DNA of 64,000 bases from Eledone cirrhosa (taxonomy: Eukaryota): the NCBI GenBank assembly GCA_964016885.1, contig OZ024743.1, positions 359,352,001-359,416,000 on the forward strand, read 5' to 3'. Below are positions 28,157 through 42,752 of this stretch, in pieces. A program made the translations under genes and the position numbers. The notes under the pieces were generated by a model, which searched no databases, was not told where the DNA came from, and saw nothing but the letters and a program-made list of their open reading frames with translations. Each line of letters begins with the position of its first letter. Within the stretch, counting starts at the first letter, position 1.

Positions 28157-30118
28157 GTTCTCTTGACCAATAATGCTATTAGCTATTTTTTTTTTTACTT
28201 ATTCATAATTATTTGTATTATCAAAAACATATAAAACCTGCTATTAATAGTGGCAGATTTCTTTTATTACTAATGATACCCAGTGAATCCCTATATATCA
28301 GCCTTCCCCTATATGCTTCATATAGGGCATTAGACAATGGGAAGCAGAACTTTAGAAAAATTGTGAAGAAGGAAATTTATAATATCTAGGATAACAGACT
28401 AATTGTATGGTAAACATCCAGTAGGAAGAGGCACGTGAATTCTATGTAAGCACGAACAACACATTAAAGAGGTTTGAAATACTGAGTGTAACCTGGAGAG
28501 CAGGGATAAATTAGTGATAGTGGATAGCAGACAAGATAGTTGATTCTCATAGATGAATAGTTTGTGTGGCTCACTTGTTAGTAAGAGGTGATGGATAGAA
28601 CCAAGTTTGGATTAACAGTAATTCATTACTCTTTATTTATTGCAGATATTGATATGATTGCAAGAAGATTTTAATGTGTTAACGTGAAGGTAAAAAGAAA
28701 TCATAGTGTCTAAATGTAGTTATAGTGTAAACCAGTGTCCACAAAAATCCTTTTAGAAAAGGGTCTTTAAAAAGGCTCTATTAGAGAGGGGCATATTATC
28801 TATCAATATACTGGATTGAAGAAGATACAGTATTGTATGCCGCTGGAAAAGAGTTTCCGTGGTGACCTTTCACAATTAATGACAATAATTTGAAGAATAT
28901 AAACATGCAACAGAGCGAATACTTTTGAATTTATTCACCGTCCAATGGGTGAACATGAATAAAGTGGTGCCCCTGAGACCAAAAAAAAAAAAAAAAAAAT
29001 GCATCTTTCTTTGAATATAGAAAATACGTGTTTTGGAGGATGAGAAGGCGTGTTCTATTTACAGCGCTAACAATTATGAACATCTCGAGGACTGAGAAGA
29101 AGGGGAGTAAGAGTGGGATGGGGAAATGTGAGAAAGAGAGAGAAGTAGAAAAAGATAGTGGAAGAAAGTAAAAAGCGAAGAGAAGGGAAACAAGGACAGA
29201 GAGAGGCAGACTCGGAAAGGAAGAGAAACACGAGAGAGAAGAGATCGAGAGAGAGCGAGAGAGAGAGGAGAGGCAGTAGAGTGAAACGGGAAGAGAGAAA
29301 GAGAGATAGTGGTGGAAGAAGGTGAATGGCGAGAATAAAAGCGAGTTGTGAGAAAAATCATTGAGATTTGCATGCACATTGTCTGGGCGCATAATGTGGA
29401 CGCAGCCGAAAGGTTAAGAAGTTCGTTATGCAATGATTAGGTCCCGGGTTTGATCTCATTATGTAGCATCTTGGGCAAGTGTTATTTACCAGAGTCTCGG
29501 ATCGATGACTCGTTGCTTATGAGTGAAATTATTGACGGAAGCTGTTTTGAAGGAAACCTATTGGAGGAATTTCGACGAGAACTACGTTCAGCTATTTACA
29601 CATTAATTTCATGAGTAGGCCATTCTGTTGATCGAAGAACTGGCACACTCATCCTCGAAACCGATGGAGGTTCAACGGACACAATGGAAATGCATATAAT
29701 TGGGTCTTTTCAAGTATTTTATGGAATCGTTAGTATACGACTTGAAGTAGCACACGAGGACATTTAGTGGCTTTAAATCTGCAAAACTAATTTGCTTTAT
29801 TTAAAATCAATGATGCACGCACAAGTTGAGTTATCTCTGTTACTGACTGTTGTTTGACGTAGGCAAAAGTAATGATCATAACATGAATTCACTCCCTCGA
29901 AATTGTGAGATGAATATTAAGAATATCTATTAGGTCAGGACCACTAGAAATTAGTATATTGATGTAATATATTACCTTCACTACTTGAGGCTATGCTTTG
30001 TCAGTAACAAACAAAAGAAATTATTTGGCGTAATTGACTGAAACAATATTTGCATCTAAATTCTTGAGATAATTTTCTTTGGACATATACAACCACTCAG
30101 AAACAGAGAGAAAGACAG

Positions 30119-30191
<73 letters not shown>

Positions 30192-30208
30192 CATATACAT
30201 ATAATATA

Positions 30209-30345
30209 ATTGTTTCTACTTTTTGGCACAAGGCCAGCAATTATCCAGTGCATTACTGGTACTCTATTTTATCGACCCCGTAGGGATGTAAGGCAAAGTT
30301 AACCTCGGCGGGATTCAAACTCAGAATGGCAAGGGCCATAACTCT
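30209..30345 (-). mobile_element. SINE, 5'-truncated
   Basis: Matches the family 3' region and B box. Confidence 0.85.
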
Positions 30346-30599
30346 ACGCGTGAAAGCGCGCGCACGCGCGTGTGTGAGTCTGTGCGTGTGTGTGTGTGTG
30401 TGTGTGTATCTTATGGTTCACCTCGGACAGTTTCTTTTTAGTGCGTAAGCCTGGGCAGAGCATTTTGTAGAGGACCACCAGTCGCCCATACCTGTAAGCC
30501 TCCTCTTTCTATAGCACCAATGTCCTCTATGTGACGTCACAGGCGAATTCAGAGTGCAAAGTATTGACAAGTGTAATTTATGATGATATTGATTTTTGT

Positions 30600-30900
30600 T
30601 TTATAGACAATAGCTCTTCCTTCTGTATCCAGCTTGTTTGGAATTTCATGTTGCTCTTCAAGCATCTGCAGAACTCTGCTATAGATAATGCTTCCATGTT
30701 TTATTTCAGCTTGCTAGGCATGGATGTCATACATAATTTCAACTTCACTTTTTATGACCAGCTTACATTTCCGAATTGCAATCCAGGGTTTTGATGGATT
30801 TATTTTTGTAGCTTTCCATTTCGTTAGTTTAAATTCCACTCTACAGTCATTCGCCAATATTTTCATTCTTGTTACTGTTTATATACTAGAAATGCGAATT
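30600..30900 (-). mobile_element. Old Dong/R4-like RT fragment
   Basis: Minus-strand MKILANDCRVEFKLTKWKAT resembles VKTFSDDMRMEFGLDKFAKAT in the copies above. Confidence 0.4.
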
Positions 30901-32190
30901 ATAGAAACTGAAGAGCAAATATAAATCTGTTCAAGAATTTACTCCTATTGGTATCTTATAATTCATAAACTTAAAACGCCCGCATTGCTATTATTTCATA
31001 TATCAATTCTTCCTTAGAGTTAATCAATACGAGCACTCAAATAATCTAACAACAGCATCTCTACATAACATATAAACATTACCGTCATTTGCCCATACTC
31101 ACATAAAATTATATATGTGGGTATTATAATTGAATTATGCATTAATTACGACAAATCTTTATTAATCTAAATATAATTATTGTCTGGGTATCGTATAAGA
31201 TTTCAGTACTACCGTATTAAATTTCAAATTTTATATTCAATTTTTAAATTACACTTGAAATAATTAAAATGCAATACTATAGATTAGCTTGTGACAAAAA
31301 TTATAACAACATCGGCTTTATTTTTATATGCATAAATTGCCAGTCTTCCATAACATTTAAGTGGAGAATAAAATACTTGGAATTAGTTACACGATTCTGT
31401 TGCCTTTAACCCATTAAACATTCTGAATGGGCGACATGTAAGTTAACTAACTTGGGGAAGAACATTTCTGTCCTGCTGATGGCAGACGATCCACTGAAGT
31501 TTTTACCAGCTGTTATATTTTTACGACGCAAGATATTATTAGTGTATTAATTAACATTTAACTCATGGTTATTAGCTCTGAATACAAGAAACGACTTTAG
31601 AATTATTTTTGTATTTGTTTTGCTAGATTATTGATGTGAAATCGTATGTTGGGAGATGTCAATAAAAATACAGGCATCTGCTCAGTTCACTTCAATATAT
31701 TATAAGTTGCGCGGGTAATCCATTCACCGGTTATTTTAATAACCGGCTACTTGTCTAATTCTTAAATGCCAAAGCTTTCTTAACACAACATTGACATCAA
31801 TGATTCTTGCTGCTCTATTTCTGCTCTTTGTCCTGATCTATTCCATTTTGTCTTTCTGAGGTGCAATTATGTGTGTGTCTGTGGTTGGGTGTGTCCCTTC
31901 CGTGTTTGGCATGTGTATATGTGTGTCTATGCATGCATGTGCGTCCTTTTGTTTTGTAGGCCCCTCCAAGATGTTCTGCGTGTCTTTTGTCTCGACTTTC
32001 AATCGTTAGTTCTATTTTTTGTATAGAACTAACGATTGCGCGTCTGCCATTGGTTCCTTTTAGAGCATTTGTTCCAGCGTGTCCTTATGTTGTTCTCAGT
32101 CACTCCGTTGTGGGGTTGTTGTTATTAGATTTTATATTTTCGAATGAGTTTCGGCCGACCTTTTTCTTGGTTAATATTTTGATTTGCATA

Positions 32191-32227
<37 letters not shown>

Positions 32228-32329
32228 ATCCAGGAAGTGTAACGTGAAGTTACGCTAGGTTCACCCAGGTGAGCACTAGATGTTTAGGTTCACGTCAGTG
32301 GTGAGGTGTAGAAGAGCTAAACAGAGTGT

Positions 32330-32560
32330 AATATAATAATATAACTCAAGGACAATTTGTTAAGCCCTATTTACGTTTATTTATTGGTGACGCGCGTTTC
32401 TCTATTGATCAGCTCAAGGTTCGATCTGTATCGATCTGGCTAGAGTAGGGCCAGATTGATACAGATCGAACCTTGAGCTGATCAATAGCGAAACGAGCGC
32501 CACCAATCAATAATCGTAATGAAGGCTTAACAAATCGTCCTTGTGTTATTATATTATTAT
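32330..32560. repeat. Long fold-back palindrome carrying hammerhead 3' halves (GAAA-cgcgcg-TC-accaat) on both strands
   Basis: Arms of about 110 bp, apex 32441-32449; GAAA at 32490 (+) and TTTC at 32397-32400. Confidence 0.75.
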
Positions 32561-32582
32561 GTATATATATATAATATATATA

Positions 32583-33030
<448 letters not shown>

Positions 33031-33539
33031 ATTCATTCTACAGATAAACACATATATGCAAACTTACATATATCTGTATGAATGATTATGTAAGTGTGAT
33101 TAAGTGTGCGTCTGTATATGTATGAATAAACAACAACAGAATTCCTTTTGGGGCATTCAAATCATATGCGTCATTATGCGGGTAAATCTATGTTTCGACC
33201 GATGCATGCGTTCACATGCATATTTTCTATTTCTATACGGATTTATGTATATATAAATAGTAAAGGTGAAGTTTTGGGAATGTTTTACGTAAATTTATGG
33301 CTCCATCAACATCCATCAATATCCATCAACATCCATCAATATCCATCAATAACCATCAAGATCTATACGTGGTTGTTTCTGTTCCTTTGTGACTAGGTTA
33401 TGTGGAATGACTAATGATGAAAGATGGTAATATAGATAAGAAACTATTAATTGACCTACCCAGCATTTGCTGCCTCAGCTATGTTGATCCGGGCTGAGCG
33501 ATAGAAACATTCTCTGTTGTGTGAGAACCCTTGTGTAAG

Positions 33540-33778
33540 CCGCCTTGTGGTCCCAGCGGACATAATGAAGAAAACGTTGCCCCGGAGGATGGTGGGTGAG
33601 ACGCATTGGAATACCCATTCGAACACACGGGTCTCAGCTCGGATAGTAATGAATGTGGTCCGGGCCAAGAACGCCGGAGTTTCCGCTGCTATAGGTTTCG
33701 ACCATAAACATATCGGAAAGCGTTCGATATTTCGATAGTTTGCCCTCTACGGCTTGGCGAGCAGCAAAGACTGGGTTA
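33540..33778 (-). mobile_element. CRE-like RLE 3' fragment
   Basis: Manual translation FAARQAVEGKLSKYRTLSD...SGVLGP...EWVFQCVSPTILRGNVFFIMSAG parallels AARRTEETKLSKYRSLSD in the 34788 ORF. Confidence 0.7.
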
Positions 33779-33965
33779 ACAACAAAGATTGACGATGAAG
33801 CAGTTAGCTACATTTGAGCTCCAATAATGTCAGGTATAAATCTAGATATAAACTAGCTACACTACCTACCTACCTACCTTCCTTCCTACCAGATTGCCTA
33901 CATACCTACCTACCTACCTACCTACCTACCTACCTACCTACCTACCTACATACATACCTACCTAC

Positions 33966-34024
<59 letters not shown>

Positions 34025-34473
34025 GTCTGTCTGCGAGTTCGTATCTGTGCTTAAGGTGTATGCTGGTATGTGTGAATGAAAAACAAAGTTAGTGATTTAT
34101 ACTGTAGATAATTCATATGAGATCAAAGTCTGAAAAAATCGATAAATGCAAGAAGAAATCTACAAATCTAATAAGCACCACCAGAAGCATATTTTTTTTT
34201 ATTATTATTTAATTCATTTTCCTTTCATTGCATGGGTCGGACTAATCCGTGGAAGCTTTCTGTAGCATATGAGATATTTTATGAGCCAAAGTTGCGAGCA
34301 TTTCTGGAGAAATGGATTTTGAATGATCTCTCATTACACTTTCCATGGCCGACGCTTTACAGATTCTACTCAGAGAGAGAAAGATAAACGCACATACACG
34401 CACACACACACACACACGCACACGCACACACGCACACACACACATACACACATATATATATATATATACACAC

Positions 34474-34527
<54 letters not shown>

Positions 34528-34733
34528 CGAGTGAAAGAGAGAGAGAGAGAGAGCGAGAGGTTAGAAAGAAGGAAACAGGAAGTGAGATTTAGAGATAGAA
34601 GAAACCATCCCAATACGTGATCGGCATATTATTTATCGGTTCCGGAGAGATGAAACGCAAAATTACCTTCGGTGGAATTAGAAATCATATCACAACAGAA
34701 AAGAAACCCTTCAAAAGTGCAGCAGGTAACTGT

Positions 34734-35582
34734 TCATCGTTTGTTGTCACTTTCTGACAACAGCAGCACCACCTTGCCTGTTTTCGCGTGACCTCCAAAC
34801 CCCACAGTGGTGTCTGGCTCTATGTCTTGCCCTCCTTCTCCACTGGCACACAGCTGGATAACGATAGCCTGCGCATCGGCGTTCCCCCGAGTCTTCGCCT
34901 CCGGATCTACGAGCCACATAGATGTCGCTGTGGATCCACCGTGGACTCTTTCGGCTTTCACCCGCTTTCCTGTCGCCACAGTTCCGGCTGCCTTCCACGC
35001 CATGCTGCCCTCAACGTGGTCATAAAGCATGGCTTGGATGCTGATAGGCTTCCCCTCCCAGCTCGAGCTATTGCGGCTGGACCTAGGGGACGGCAAAAAG
35101 CCAGACGGTATGACCATCTTCCTGTCCGCGGTGGAAAAGCCCTCGTCTGGGATGCCACTTGCAGCAATACTTTCTCCAGCCGCAACCTGGTGCAGTCTGC
35201 AACTAACCCAGGTTCTGCTGCACGTCGGACTGAGGAGACCAAACTCTCCAAGTACCGGTCGCTCTCCGATAGGTTTGCGGTCGTGCCCTTGGCAGTGGAG
35301 ACTTCTGATGTCCTTGGCTCTTGGGCTACCTCCCTACTCACCACCATAGGCGCTGAGCTGGCCAGCCGCCGGTGTGAGCCTCGCGAGCTGGAATAGCTCT
35401 TCCAGCGCATCTCCCTTACCATCTTCCGGCGAAACGCATTGTCCCTTCTGTCCGCCGGGGCAGTGGGGAGGCCAGCATGTGGGACCCCATTTGCTCACCA
35501 TACAGAGATACAGAGAGATGGGGAAGAAGACGAGAGAGATGGAGGCGATGACAGTGGGAGTTCGGCTCTTCCACGTTCGGAC
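34734..35582 (+). mobile_element. CRE-like RLE retrotransposon 3' fragment (Zn knuckle plus endonuclease)
   Basis: HSGVWL..LP, CRCGSTVD..GFHPLSC, RHAALN, KPDGMT, GKALVWDATC, KLSKY and PLAVET. Confidence 0.85.
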
Positions 35583-36679
35583 CATATCCTTGTGGTTGTG
35601 TTCATTATATATAGAGTTCATTCTATTATTCAGTTGACGCACAAATGGTATTGCATTTATATTTTTCAAGCCATTTTGACATATGTTGATTGTAAAATTG
35701 AATTCATGCAAATTCAGTTTCATATGCACCTGTCTTACCCCTCCTTTCTAATACGTAATCAGAAGCAATGTTAACGATTAAAATGTTTTTGAAATCTATT
35801 TCGCACTATCAACTATTGTAACCTTCTATATCCGGGAGACATGTTCTCATGTAACAATGTTACAGCCTGTTTCTATTGCTTTTCAATTTTCATGTAATTG
35901 ATTTTATATATGCAGTTTCTTTTTTGTTTAACTGATTTTTCTTCTTTTTTCTCGTATAAACCGTAGCTTGCCCTGCACACATGCAGATGTCTTACTGTAA
36001 AACGAAAATCTCGAAAGTGAACAAAACAACAGAAGAAAATGAATAAAAAAGATTAATTTTGATTCTCAGTATGGTAGCAACTAACTAGCAGTAAGCAGAA
36101 AAAGATTAAAGGAATGAAAGATCATTGATGAAAGTGTGATCATCCCATTTTCAATAGTTTCTTAGTTGTAAGAAAAAAACATGAGGCAAATGAATTGAAT
36201 AACAAGAAAGGCACCTGAAGTTTTGTTATTTGGATAATTTTGATATGATAAATTATGATGATTGTGGTCGATGGACCTCAGTCAGCTTCGACGATAAATA
36301 CTCCAGTTGTTCAATCAATGGAACAAACTGCTAATAAAATGAACGTGTAAGTTGTTGAGTATTCCACAGATACGTGACACATTAATGTTGTTCTCAGGGA
36401 AATTAAGCTTGATACAGTGAGTGACAAGGCTGTCCCTTTGAATTACAGGTACAGAACATCCGACAGGCTTCCTTCCAAACAGTTTCTACCTACCCACTTT
36501 CACTCACAGGGCATAGGTTAATACCAGGTTATGGTAAATGACACTTACCTAATATGCTACGCCCTGGGATCAAACTTGGAATCTAAGGATTGCAAAGCGA
36601 ACTCCCTAATTATTTGGCCATGCTGCGAGCTGGTGGTGGGGAACGATAATGAATCACTCATTTATGCTTTTGTTTACCA

Positions 36680-36879
36680 TCTATCTATATATATACTACT
36701 AAAACTCTGTGATTGATTGCTTGCTTGTCTGTAATGTAATACAGCCAAAAGGGCGCATAATGGAAAAATACTTTAAAAGGAAGTTGACTCTGAAATGGCA
36801 AATGAAATAAAACAAGTTTCGCGTAAATCAGAGCACGGGTTTCCGAGATATGGGTTTTTTCCGGGTACCTTCATAAACA

Positions 36880-36919
<40 letters not shown>

Positions 36920-37345
36920 GATAGAGAGAAAGAGATAGTGGTTGTGAGAGAGTAGATTGAAAGAGAGACATAGAGAGAGGGAGAGGAGACAGAGGAGAAT
37001 GGAAAAGAGAGAGCTAGTGGTGTCGTTGTGTATATATATACATATATGTGTGTGTATATATATGTGTGTGTTTATATGTGTGCGTGTGTCTATGACCAGT
37101 GTATATAGATCACAGAGACCCACATATATATACACACACACATACACATATATATATTGTATAGAAACACACATTTATATATATACATACACACACATAT
37201 ATATATATGGGCCTTCCAGTTTCATTTCACATTATATACATGTCTGTGTATATTTTAATTATTTAAAAATTACTTTTAAGTAAACATGATTTAAAAAAAA
37301 AATATTTTGAAGTGAACATGACCCAACGGGTCACGGGTGGTCTAG
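36680..37345 (+). mobile_element. Non-autonomous Helitron-like element, copy 2
   Basis: A|TC start; perfect hairpin tgaccc-aac-gggtca, 8 nt, then CTAG|T; no TSD. Confidence 0.78.
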
Positions 37346-38256
37346 TTAACAATAACATTTAAATCGAAGGTACATATATTTTTACAAACGGTGGATTGAT
37401 GGAGGTTTTAGAAAATTGGATGGGCTGTTTTGTGGTATTCATTCTGCTTCTCTAGGTTCTAATTTTAAACAGCACGAGGATAATTTGACTTTCATCATTT
37501 CGAGGTCTATACAGTACAAATTCAGTATTGGGAATTATTCATCCATTGTCTATCTTTCTGACGTCTCCTCTATATTTCTCTGGAAGAAGTTGGTTATATT
37601 CAGACCGGAAAAGGATGGGTTCAGTGAAGTTTAAATGCCCAAGGCACGTCGTATGTCATGACTACGCCTTTACAATTTTATCAGGTGTTCTGGCATCATG
37701 CATGTATGTACATATATATGCAATTACGATATTTATAAAATATGTTTATTCTTCCGGAGCACTGGGTCGATTCAATCAACTTTCCTCTAATCCCCTAAAT
37801 TGCTGAGACTGTGCCTAAATTAGAAATCCTTATTGGAGCATGAACATTTGCAGCAGAAATTTTGCCTGACACAACACCGACTATTGATTAGATTAATTGA
37901 AATTTGTAAATGTTTTCCGAGAAATTCATGAATCAACATTTGATTTCTACCGCTTTAAAATATTGTTTGATTAGTGTCTATGAAATAAAAAAAAAACATT
38001 TAAATGATAGCCGTGAGAAAAAAGACAAGACAATTGCGTGGTATATAAACGGTAAAGTGTCAGCTTGAATGGTATTTAATATATTCTCTTTACATTCTGA
38101 TATATAACTGTCAGCAAACGAGGAAATGGTAGCTGAATAGGTGTATGTGTGTGTTAGAACTGCGTCGGTTCCAGTTAGGTGAACAACGGAACAGCATGCT
38201 CGTGAAATGTACGTCCAAGTGGCTGAATATTCCATAGATACGTATCATAATATAAT

Positions 38257-38346
38257 TGTTTCTACTTTTGGCACAAGGCCAGCAATTACCCAGTGTATTA
38301 CTGGTACTTTATTTTATCGACCCCGTAAGGATGAAAGGCAAAGTTA
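38257..38346 (-). mobile_element. SINE, 5'-truncated
   Basis: TSD acgtatcataatataat (38240 and 38347). Confidence 0.88.
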
Positions 38347-38446
38347 ACGTATCATAATATAATAAAGGGAGGAGTGAGGGATTATGCCCTGAATATATTT
38401 TTTTATCCCGTTAGTAAAATAAGTTGGAATACTTTGAATAAATAAT

Positions 38447-38631
38447 TATTTCTACTTTTGGCACAAGGCCGACAATTAGTACAGTGTATTACTGGTACTT
38501 TATTTTATCGACCTCGTAAGGATGAAAGGCAAAGTTAACCTCGGCGGGATTTGAACTCAGACCATAAAGGGCCGTAACTCTGCTGCAAAGCATGGCGTCC
38601 GACCCTCTACCGATACTGCCAATCCACCGCC
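38447..38631 (-). mobile_element. SINE, full length
   Basis: TSD ctttgaataaataat (38432 and 38632). Confidence 0.9.
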
Positions 38632-39463
38632 CTTTGAATAAATAATGTATACTTTGAATACTTTGAATAAATAATGTATGATATTACATCATTTTCGTAG
38701 CTGTTGATTAAACATAAATGTTCTTATATTTAATGATTGCTTATTTTAAGATTCACTTCTTTACAATTTTCAAATGACAATACTTCCGGTTATGATATAA
38801 GGGACGCTATATTATATCGCTTATATAAACGTTCATATATTTGCATCGTTATATAACGTTTTTATTTCTGTCACTAACTTTCTCCTTTTTCGTTTTCGTT
38901 ACATTTCACCGTAATGCAGTTTATATATAATATTGTCTTTTTTAAATGTATCATAGATTACTTTACTGATTGCAGAAGAGAGTGTAACACAGTCTCTCTT
39001 CAATTTCTGTGCATATTCTCAATTACGATTTTATTTGATGTATCATACCTACATGCATATATATTTGCATATAATATCAATATGCACACTACACATGCTA
39101 GCAGAAAACCACCCCAAAGGTGGTTTTTCTGCTAGTAACCCTACTGTAGTTGTTTGTGATATTTAGCTTGATACAATGTGTAACAAGTTTGGCTCTTTGA
39201 ATTAGACATACATAGTTTTTTTCCAACAGAGTGGATTGGAGTAACGTGAAAAAAGTATCTTGCTCAAAGATATAACGCGATCCCAAGAATTAAGCTAAAA
39301 AAAGTGAGTCAAACTTTCTAGCTACTAGGTTACGTGCCTTCACAGTATCAGAATATACTGTGGTCGATGCAAATGACTGATTCTATATTCATGGCCTTTT
39401 ATCAAGCTTTTTTTACCAATGTGGATGGATTGGCAGAATCGGTAAAACTAGGGGCAAAATAAC

Positions 39464-39647
39464 TGTTTCTACTTTAGGCACAAGGCCAGCAATTACCCAG
39501 TGCATTACTGGTACTTTATTTTATCGACCCCGTAAGGATGAAAGGCAAAGTCAACCTCGGCGGGATTTGAACTCAGATCGTAAAGGGACGTAACTATGCT
39601 GGAAAGCATGGCGTCCGACCCTCTACTGATACTGCCAATCCACCGCG
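39464..39647 (-). mobile_element. Young SINE nested inside an older plus-strand SINE (about 39421-39740)
   Basis: TSD taggggcaaaataac (39449 and 39648); host has A box tggcagaatcgg upstream and a decayed B box/core downstream. Confidence 0.88.
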
Positions 39648-39815
39648 TAGGGGCAAAATAACAAGCGGTATTTGTTCTGGCTCTCTAACTTCTAAGTTTA
39701 AATCATACTGGGGTCTACTTTGCTTTACATCCTTCGACATGAGTACAATATTGTACTAGAGTTGTGTTTATATTAGTAACAATTAATGTATTGAGTCGTT
39801 CGACTTCATTATTAA

Positions 39816-40003
39816 GGGCGTGGATTGGCAGTATCAGTGGAGGGTCAGACGCCATGCTTTCCAGCATAGTTACGTCCCTTTACGATCTGAGTTCAAATCC
39901 CGCCGAGGTTGACTTTGCCTTTCATCCTTACGGGGTCGATAAAACAAAGTACCAGTAATGCACTGGGTAATTGCTGGCCTTGTGCCTAAAGTAGAAACAA
40001 TTA
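39816..40003 (+). mobile_element. SINE, full length
   Basis: A and B boxes and the tagaaacaattatt 3' end. Confidence 0.9.
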
Positions 40004-40179
40004 TTTTTGGCGCATCTTTTGTATTATTCCTCAAAACCTCTAAACAACAAGTGGAATCAAAGAATGAGTGAACTAGCAGCAGGTGACACATAGTTTGAAC
40101 TGTTCTACATTCACATAGTCTGGTCTCGTCCTATCTTCAGTGCTGAGAGTCGGAGACTATAGACAATTACATCGATGCT

Positions 40180-40480
40180 CATCTATCTGATGTTGTATGT
40201 CCATGGTTTTATCGGGAAGGGTATCGAATTCTGGTCCGGCCAATACTCGGAAGCTGGCTACCGAGTCGCAGCGTATCCGCCTTCATCACAAGGATGAAAC
40301 CGTTGGCCACGTGTAAGTTTGACGCCAAGCTGATAAAAGACCTTCACATACCCCAGCATTGAATTCAAGGCTAGCGATCTATCTAACCGCTACAGTCACA
40401 TGGAGATTCCAAATTTATACTCACATTTCACCTTACTGAATTAGGATAGGCCAAATCCAACGCGGAGTCGATTAAGATAT
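40180..40480 (+). mobile_element. CR1-like LINE C-terminal fragment
   Basis: YRILVRPILG...AKLIKDL resembles the CR1 YK.LVRP.LEY...ATKLI.GL motif. Confidence 0.5.
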
Positions 40481-40765
40481 TTTCATTCGCTCCATGTAGA
40501 CATATTTGTTGTGGTGGTTACATTTTACCAGCATTTGTAGAATACTTGCTAGTCTCTCTATTTCCAATTGTAAGAATGGTGTATATTAAAAAATGAACAT
40601 ATTCTTGATTTCGAGTATCTTTCTATATGTTGATATACATATCATGGTTGGAAATCATTAATAAGGGCGATGTAACAGTCATTGACTTCTGCTGTTCTCC
40701 GTATTGTTTCTCACAAGTTAGTTCTTTGGACGATACATTATCTTTATTATTATCACTAATAAAAA

Positions 40766-40968
40766 GGGCGGTAGATTGGCAGTATCGGACGCCATGCTTT
40801 GCAGCATAGAGTTACGGTCCTTTACAGTCTGAGTTCAAATCCCGCCGAGGTTAACTTAGCCTTTCATCCTTACGAGGTCGATAAAATAAAGCAACAGTAA
40901 GGTACTGGGGTCGATTCAATCGACTTTCCCCTCACCCAAATTACTGGCCTTGTGTCTAAACTACAAAT
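40766..40968 (+). mobile_element. SINE, longer subfamily with about 35 extra nt before the tail
   Basis: A and B boxes; TSD attattatcactaataaaaa (40746 and 40969). Confidence 0.88.
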
Positions 40969-41098
40969 CATTATTATCACTAATAAAAACATGTTGCCAC
41001 GCTGCCGGTAAATTGCACACACACAAACAACCAGAAAAATGACTGAACCTACTGTGATCAGGGAATGCAAGGGGACCGACGTGACATGGAACCATTAT

Positions 41099-41211
41099 TC
41101 AAATCCCACCGAGGTTGACTTTGCCTTTCATCCTTACGGGGTCGATAAAATAATGTACGAGTAATGCACTGGGTATTTGCTGGCCTTGTGCCTAAAGTAG
41201 AAACAATTATT
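41099..41211 (+). mobile_element. SINE, 5'-truncated at the B box; 3' end of a composite insertion
   Basis: Followed by aatcattaataagggcgatgta, which also occurs at 40653. Confidence 0.85.
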
Positions 41212-41354
41212 AATCATTAATAAGGGCGATGTAGCGTTAGAGGCTATGCTGTGCCGGAGGTTGTAGTTATAGTATTTACTTTTGCCTCATGGCCAAATCT
41301 GTCTGAGAATACCATATTCTTCCGGGGTTGATCAAATAAGAAACGCTCAAGTAC

Positions 41355-41570
41355 TATATATAACGGAGGATTTGTAGTAAGGAACCAGATGGACCATAAC
41401 GCACCAGAGTACTCAATACTTAGGGTAGTAGAGTGGGTAATAGGAGAAAGTATGACGTCAACGGCAGAGCTCAAGCCGTTTCGACGGCTATTTCTGGACT
41501 AAAGTAATTTAGTCCAGAAATAGCCGACGAAACGGCTTGAGCTCTGCCGTCGGGGTCATACTTTCTCCTA
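41355..41570. mobile_element. 'GAGCTC' family fold-back element
   Basis: Inverted arms with apex at about 41504-41506; GAAA-stem III-GTC on both strands. Confidence 0.75.
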
Positions 41571-42123
41571 TATATATATATAGAGAGAGAGAGAGAATTT
41601 AGTATATCTACTAAGATTACGTAACTGTCTTTATCCCATTGCAGAAACTAATTAGTTGCAGTGAAAATTTTAGTAAGTTAATTTAAAACATTTTTTTTTT
41701 TTAATTTTCTTATTTTACGTCTTTTATATTATTGTTCTGCATCCTCCTGCATTGAACCACCTAGGTACTATGACATAACCTGTGTATTTGCTAGCATTAG
41801 CGTACATCTGTACGCATATGTTAGTAGATATACTAAATTCTCTATATTTATCACCAAATTACTTATTTGTCGAGCAAACCTGCCAAAACCACTACTAATT
41901 TATTGGTGTGATAGTAGGCTTCTGTCATCTTACCATCCCACTCCTACCGACTAGCCTCAGTGTCACGTGATTGATTCTTTAGAATCTGCCATTTGACCAG
42001 AGGCAGCGAGCTTTTCAGTACATGGAATCCAGTCCCCGCTAGCTGTTCCATCTACCGAATTATTATTATTTTTATATGAGTCCCCAGTGTCCGCGCATTG
42101 CCTGGACACTTAGCTGAGAATAG

Positions 42124-42205
42124 ACTCCCTGATGACGCAATGAATTCTCGACAGTTAGATTACGTAACTGTCTTTATCCCATTGCAGAAACTAATTAGTT
42201 GGAGT
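42124..42205 (+). ncRNA. Type I hammerhead with an extended stem II
   Basis: actcc CTGATGA c gcaatg..gacagtta-gattacg-taactgtc..cattgc a GAAA ctaattag TT ggagt. Confidence 0.82.
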
Positions 42206-42670
42206 GAAAATTTTAGTAAGTTAATTTTAAAAAAAAAATTTTTTTTTTTAATTTTCTTATTTTACGTCTTTTATATTATTGTTCTGCATCCTCCTGCATT
42301 GAACCACCTAGGTACTATGACATAACCTGTGTATTTGCTAGCATTAGCGTACATCTGTACGCATATGTTAGTAGATATACTAAATTCTCTATATTTATCT
42401 CCAAATTACTTATTTGTCGAGCAAACCTGCCAAAACCACTACTAATTTATTGGTGTGATAGTAGGCTTCTGTCATCTTACCATCCCACTCCTACCGACTA
42501 GCCTCAGTGTCACGTGATTGATTCTTTAGAATCTGCCATTTGACCAGAGGCAGCGAGCTTTTCAGTACATGGAATCCAGTCCCCGCTAGCTGTTCCATCT
42601 ACCGAATTATTATTATTTTCATATGAGTCCCCAGTGTCCGCGCATTGCCTGGACACTTAGCTGAGAATAG

Positions 42671-42752
42671 ACTCCCTGATGACGCAATGAATTCTCGACA
42701 GTTAGATTACGTAACTGTCTTTATCCCATTACAGAAACTAATTAGTTGGAGT
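42671..42752 (+). ncRNA. Type I hammerhead, copy 2 (one stem II substitution)
   Basis: As 42124 but cattac instead of cattgc. Confidence 0.78.
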
